Source: an uncultured archaeon (GTDB taxonomy: Archaea > Asgardarchaeota > Lokiarchaeia > Sigyniarchaeales > Promethearchaeaceae). Taken from it: a stretch of DNA of 8,651 bases. Under the pieces are notes generated by a model. It was not told the origin of the DNA. It worked only from the letters and a program-made list of their open reading frames with translations, and searched no databases. The position numbers and the translations under genes are program-made. Position 1 is the first letter of the stretch. Each line of letters starts with the position of its first letter. The stretch lies in NCBI GenBank assembly GCA_964426185.1, contig CAYRPF010000056.1, forward strand, positions 13,364 to 22,014, written 5' to 3'. Positions 5,419-8,651 of the stretch are shown piece by piece.

Positions 5419-7305
5419 ATGTCGAGCCAGACGGTTTCTCTCAATCTTGCCATGGAAAATTTTCTTCAAAAAGCCTCACCTGAGTTAAAAATTTTGTTCA
5501 TCCTTTATTTTCACGACAAAATTCGACATTCAGAGATTTATAGACTGAGTCATTTATATCCAGGAATTGATAGAAAAAGTTCTCGAACGTTTTATAAAAT
5601 ATATCAACGATTGATTTCTGAGGGTTTAATAAAGAAAACTAAAGATTTTTTGATTCATCGACAGTATTATGCATATACATTAACTCCAGAAGGTAAAAAA
5701 TATATAGAATTTCTTTTACAACTCCCTACAGACGAAGAATTGATTAGTTATTCCGATTTTAAGTACATCTATTCAACCCAAGAATCTCAATCTCCATCAA
5801 TTTCTGCTAAAAATGCAGAAGATCCTGGAACTAAACCTATAATCAATTTTCTTATCGAAGAAATTAAAGATCTTAAATCTCAATTGCGTAGATTTCCAGC
5901 ACAATCAGAATTAAATTCTAATATGTCAGATTATTCTGCGAAATATTCATGGGAAGATGATAATGTTCTTGAATCTGAAGAAATTATACCAGAATCATCT
6001 GTAATTGCAAGTGGAGATCTGCTTAATGGCGATCTGAATTCAAGTGGACAACTTGATAAGGATTTAAATGATGCTGATGCTTTAGAAAATCTCAATTCTA
6101 ACGAAAATACGAATTTAAATCAAAATTCTGACCAAATCGATGGTTTTACAGCTTCTCCAAATTCTAAAACACTCGAATCCATTGAACCAACTGAACCCCC
6201 CAAACCCCCTAAACCTTCAGAACCTCCATTTATAACTCATTTGAAATCTCTTTCACAAGATGAGGTTCTTACTGAAATTCCTTCTATATTTCTCGATCCA
6301 GCAAAATGGCTCTTCTTTGTGGATTATTTTCACAAATTAGAATATAAAGGGGGTTTTAATCTCCAGATCTTTGAAAAGATTTTTCTTTCAATGAAGGAAA
6401 ATAAAGATTTCGTTAGTTTAAAAGCTAGTTTAACTCAATTAATTAACGATTTAGATTTTACATTCAATGAAGTTAATGAAATATTCATTAAATTTCCATT
6501 TCCAGTTATCGTTCAGATTTTCACAGATTATCTGCTGTTTAATTTCTCTCCTGCTGAATGGGAAAATATCAATGTGAGCTATGGAAGCGGGAAAATCTCC
6601 ATTATTCAGTTTTTGCATCAGATCTTGCGGTACTACTTCACTCAAAAGCGATATCAAGCTTGTTGGGATTTAATTCAAGAAATTCGTAGAAAGTATTCCC
6701 GCATAGGAGAAATCGCAGTCCAGTATGAAATCTCTATTCTAATACGCCAAGTGGAATATGATCGAGCCATTCAATTGATTAAAACGGAATTATTCGATCG
6801 GGAGCGGCAGGTGGGTGAGCAGAAAACTTGGTATTACATATTTCGGGCTTTTTATGATGCACAGCGTCTACCCGAATTTATTAATTTGCAATATAACGGT
6901 GATAATCGGGAATTCTATTATAATTGGTCAAAATTGGCTGAGTTAGTAATTCAAATTAAAAAGGGTCCCGATTATATACCTAATTTCTTCCGGATAAAAA
7001 CGATTCTTCGAAATTTTCTCCCAATTTTCGATAATGTAGATATAACCAATGTTTCCGAACGCTATATTTCAGAATTGAAGAAGTATCCCGATGTTAAGGA
7101 TATAAATAGGGTTTATTATTATTTTCACTTAGCTCCGATAATATATCAGATTTTCAAAAATCCTGTGGTTTTAGGGCTTCCACCAGACTATGATGCCAAT
7201 GATCTCTTGCAGATCTGCGTTCAACCCCAAAATTTGGAGCTATATGATGATTTCCCTTCAGTATTATATGAAATTCAGAATTTATCAGGAATTGAAACTA
7301 ATTAA
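5419..7305 (+). CDS. Winged helix-turn-helix (PadR/HxlR/MarR-like) domain protein with disordered acidic/Pro-rich linker and TPR-like helical C-terminal region
   Basis: 628-aa ORF (alternative start M12 at 5452). Residues ~19-101: ELKILFIL...IRHSEI...SSRTFYKIYQRLISEGLIKK...YYAYTLTPEGKKY, with the typical wing-end YxLTxxG. Short coiled coil at 141-158, D/N/S-rich linker, EPTEPPKPPKPSEPP at 256-270, and TPR-like helices at ~398-460 (YYFTQKRYQACWDLI...LIRQVEYDRAIQLI). Confidence 0.75.
   Translation: MSSQTVSLNLAMENFLQKASPELKILFILYFHDKIRHSEIYRLSHLYPGIDRKSSRTFYKIYQRLISEGLIKKTKDFLIHRQYYAYTLTPEGKKYIEFLLQLPTDEELISYSDFKYIYSTQESQSPSISAKNAEDPGTKPIINFLIEEIKDLKSQLRRFPAQSELNSNMSDYSAKYSWEDDNVLESEEIIPESSVIASGDLLNGDLNSSGQLDKDLNDADALENLNSNENTNLNQNSDQIDGFTASPNSKTLESIEPTEPPKPPKPSEPPFITHLKSLSQDEVLTEIPSIFLDPAKWLFFVDYFHKLEYKGGFNLQIFEKIFLSMKENKDFVSLKASLTQLINDLDFTFNEVNEIFIKFPFPVIVQIFTDYLLFNFSPAEWENINVSYGSGKISIIQFLHQILRYYFTQKRYQACWDLIQEIRRKYSRIGEIAVQYEISILIRQVEYDRAIQLIKTELFDRERQVGEQKTWYYIFRAFYDAQRLPEFINLQYNGDNREFYYNWSKLAELVIQIKKGPDYIPNFFRIKTILRNFLPIFDNVDITNVSERYISELKKYPDVKDINRVYYYFHLAPIIYQIFKNPVVLGLPPDYDANDLLQICVQPQNLELYDDFPSVLYEIQNLSGIETN
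6184..6228 (+). repeat. Degenerate 9-bp coding repeat x5 encoding (E/K)-P-x proline-rich linker
   Basis: GAACCAACT GAACCCCCC AAACCCCCT AAACCTTCA GAACCTCCA = EPT EPP KPP KPS EPP. Confidence 0.7.
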
Positions 7306-8605
7306 ACTTCTTCCAAAATCTTGAAATACGAAATACTGCATGTTGTAAAGATGTCCATAATAAAGTGCGTAAAGATACGTATTTTATCCATGGAGTTATT
7401 GGAATTTCGGTCTTAACTGGAATTTTTTCGAGCATTTGTATATAATCTGGAGCACAACCGCCAAAATAAGCCCCCTCATTCTTGAATTCTTCTGCACACT
7501 TCCCCAATATTATTGTTCTTTTTTTCGGCAGTTTTTCCAACTCTTCTGGCGGAATCTTTAAATTTTCCCCCAGAATAATGTAAACTTCCCCCAGAGAATT
7601 CCATCCTGCGTTTCTTCCATAACCGTCCAAAATTGCCCTAATAAAAGCCTTGCATCCTGATTTACATGTTTTTCCTTCATACACGTGAATATTTGGAGCC
7701 AAATTTGAAAGAGACATGTCTGGTCGTTTAAATTCATGTTGGTGTTTCTTTAAAATCTCGTGATCAAGCTCGGATATATTTGCCAAATTTAAAAATCCAT
7801 AACCACCTTCTTCCAGCAATTTCAAATGTAGAATTTCCTTTGGGGAATAACCCATTAAATTACAACATACCGTATCCACAGCCAAGCCATTATTGCCCAT
7901 AATCACTAAACCAGTAGGATAAGCTGATGCTTCCATCGGTCCTTGTCCTTCCCCTGCGAAAATTGCATCTGTAATTACTAAATCTGGGGGCCGTATCTGA
8001 TAAATATCTGCTATCAAGGAATGCAGCTGAGAACCATGATATTTCAACCGAGTGGGTTTAGAAATCAACCCCATTCCATTTTTAATCGAAAGAGTAATGT
8101 TTGCAAAGATATTGACCTTCAATTTTGGCAAAGAGATGAAATAATTAACCTCACGAACTAAACGGGGGTAATCTAAAGCGATTTCGGGAGTGAAAGGCTT
8201 TTCTGGAGTTATCCATGGGCGGGGAAGTTCATCAAGATACGCAAATTTGATTTTTTTCCGAAATTTAGAGGAGATCAGTTTCAAATGTTTATCCATTTGG
8301 GTCATTTTGAAGGAATAACGCGCCGAACCCATAGTTTCCCCGTCTCCAATATATACGACCTTCGCTCCTCTTGAACAGATAACTTCAGCCACGGCCATGG
8401 TTAAAACTGGGTTTGTGATGATCATTTTTACCCGTTCAGGATTTTTCACCGGAAAAACTAGTGATATTTTTAGTAAAACCGATTTTTCTTGGAAAAAAAT
8501 TTGCTTCTTTTGAAACACATCAGAGATTTTTTGCACTAAGCTGGAAAAATCGTATTTATTTTGTTCTATTAAATATACCCAAGTATCCTCACCATCGGTT
8601 GGCAT
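7298..8605 (-). CDS. DUF362 domain-containing protein with C-terminal Cys-rich (putative Fe-S) module
   Basis: 435-aa ORF with the DUF362 motif order: VLLK, ITNP...AVAE...GAKVVYIGDG, FISLPKLK, ITLSIKNGMG, RLKYH, PDLVITDAIFAGEGQGP, LAVDTVCCNLMG. The C-terminus carries C314xxGC318 (CKSGC), LGKC370 and GGC384AP. Its 3' end overlaps the convergent wHTH gene by 8 bp. Confidence 0.88.
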   Translation of the reverse strand: MPTDGEDTWVYLIEQNKYDFSSLVQKISDVFQKKQIFFQEKSVLLKISLVFPVKNPERVKMIITNPVLTMAVAEVICSRGAKVVYIGDGETMGSARYSFKMTQMDKHLKLISSKFRKKIKFAYLDELPRPWITPEKPFTPEIALDYPRLVREVNYFISLPKLKVNIFANITLSIKNGMGLISKPTRLKYHGSQLHSLIADIYQIRPPDLVITDAIFAGEGQGPMEASAYPTGLVIMGNNGLAVDTVCCNLMGYSPKEILHLKLLEEGGYGFLNLANISELDHEILKKHQHEFKRPDMSLSNLAPNIHVYEGKTCKSGCKAFIRAILDGYGRNAGWNSLGEVYIILGENLKIPPEELEKLPKKRTIILGKCAEEFKNEGAYFGGCAPDYIQMLEKIPVKTEIPITPWIKYVSLRTLLWTSLQHAVFRISRFWKKFN

Positions 8606-8651
8606 TATTGTTTCACTTAGAACAATATCGATTTTGACGCTTTTTAAGGAT

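Noticed and set aside
6451-6657. 68-aa minus-strand ORF
   Set aside because: Antisense shadow within the wHTH gene.
6600-7305. Apparent codon shift in the wHTH gene (CGG for 6 of 16 Arg codons in the C-terminal part versus 0 of 8 in the N-terminal part, counted by hand), suggesting a mosaic gene
   Set aside because: Counts are too small to be convincing; a proper windowed codon/GC analysis would be needed.

Overview
AT-rich prokaryotic window with five long CDSs, arranged → ← ← → ←. The gene content looks archaeal, most plausibly Asgard (Lokiarchaeia/Promethearchaeota). This is an inference from the longin + small-GTPase-fold fusion, the long disordered linkers and the TATA-like promoters. 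The genes are: (1) a U32-family 'peptidase' (Fe-S hydroxylase family, TrhP/YegQ-like); (2) a 738-aa protein with a longin-like domain, a small-GTPase-fold domain in which all nucleotide-binding motifs are degenerate, a MIT/TPR-like helical unit, a ~320-aa disordered linker and a small C-terminal helical domain; (3) an AbrB/MazE/SpoVT-like swapped-hairpin domain fused to a basic patch and a helical domain with an acidic tandem-repeat loop; (4) a divergently transcribed winged-helix protein with a disordered/Pro-rich linker and a TPR-like helical C-terminus; (5) a DUF362-family protein with a C-terminal four-Cys module. The 287-bp spacer between the two putative DNA-binding genes holds an 11-bp-phased GGTAAAAAATA-type repeat array. 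No RNA genes, CRISPR arrays or transposases were recognised. All domain calls come from reading motifs by eye, not from database searches.
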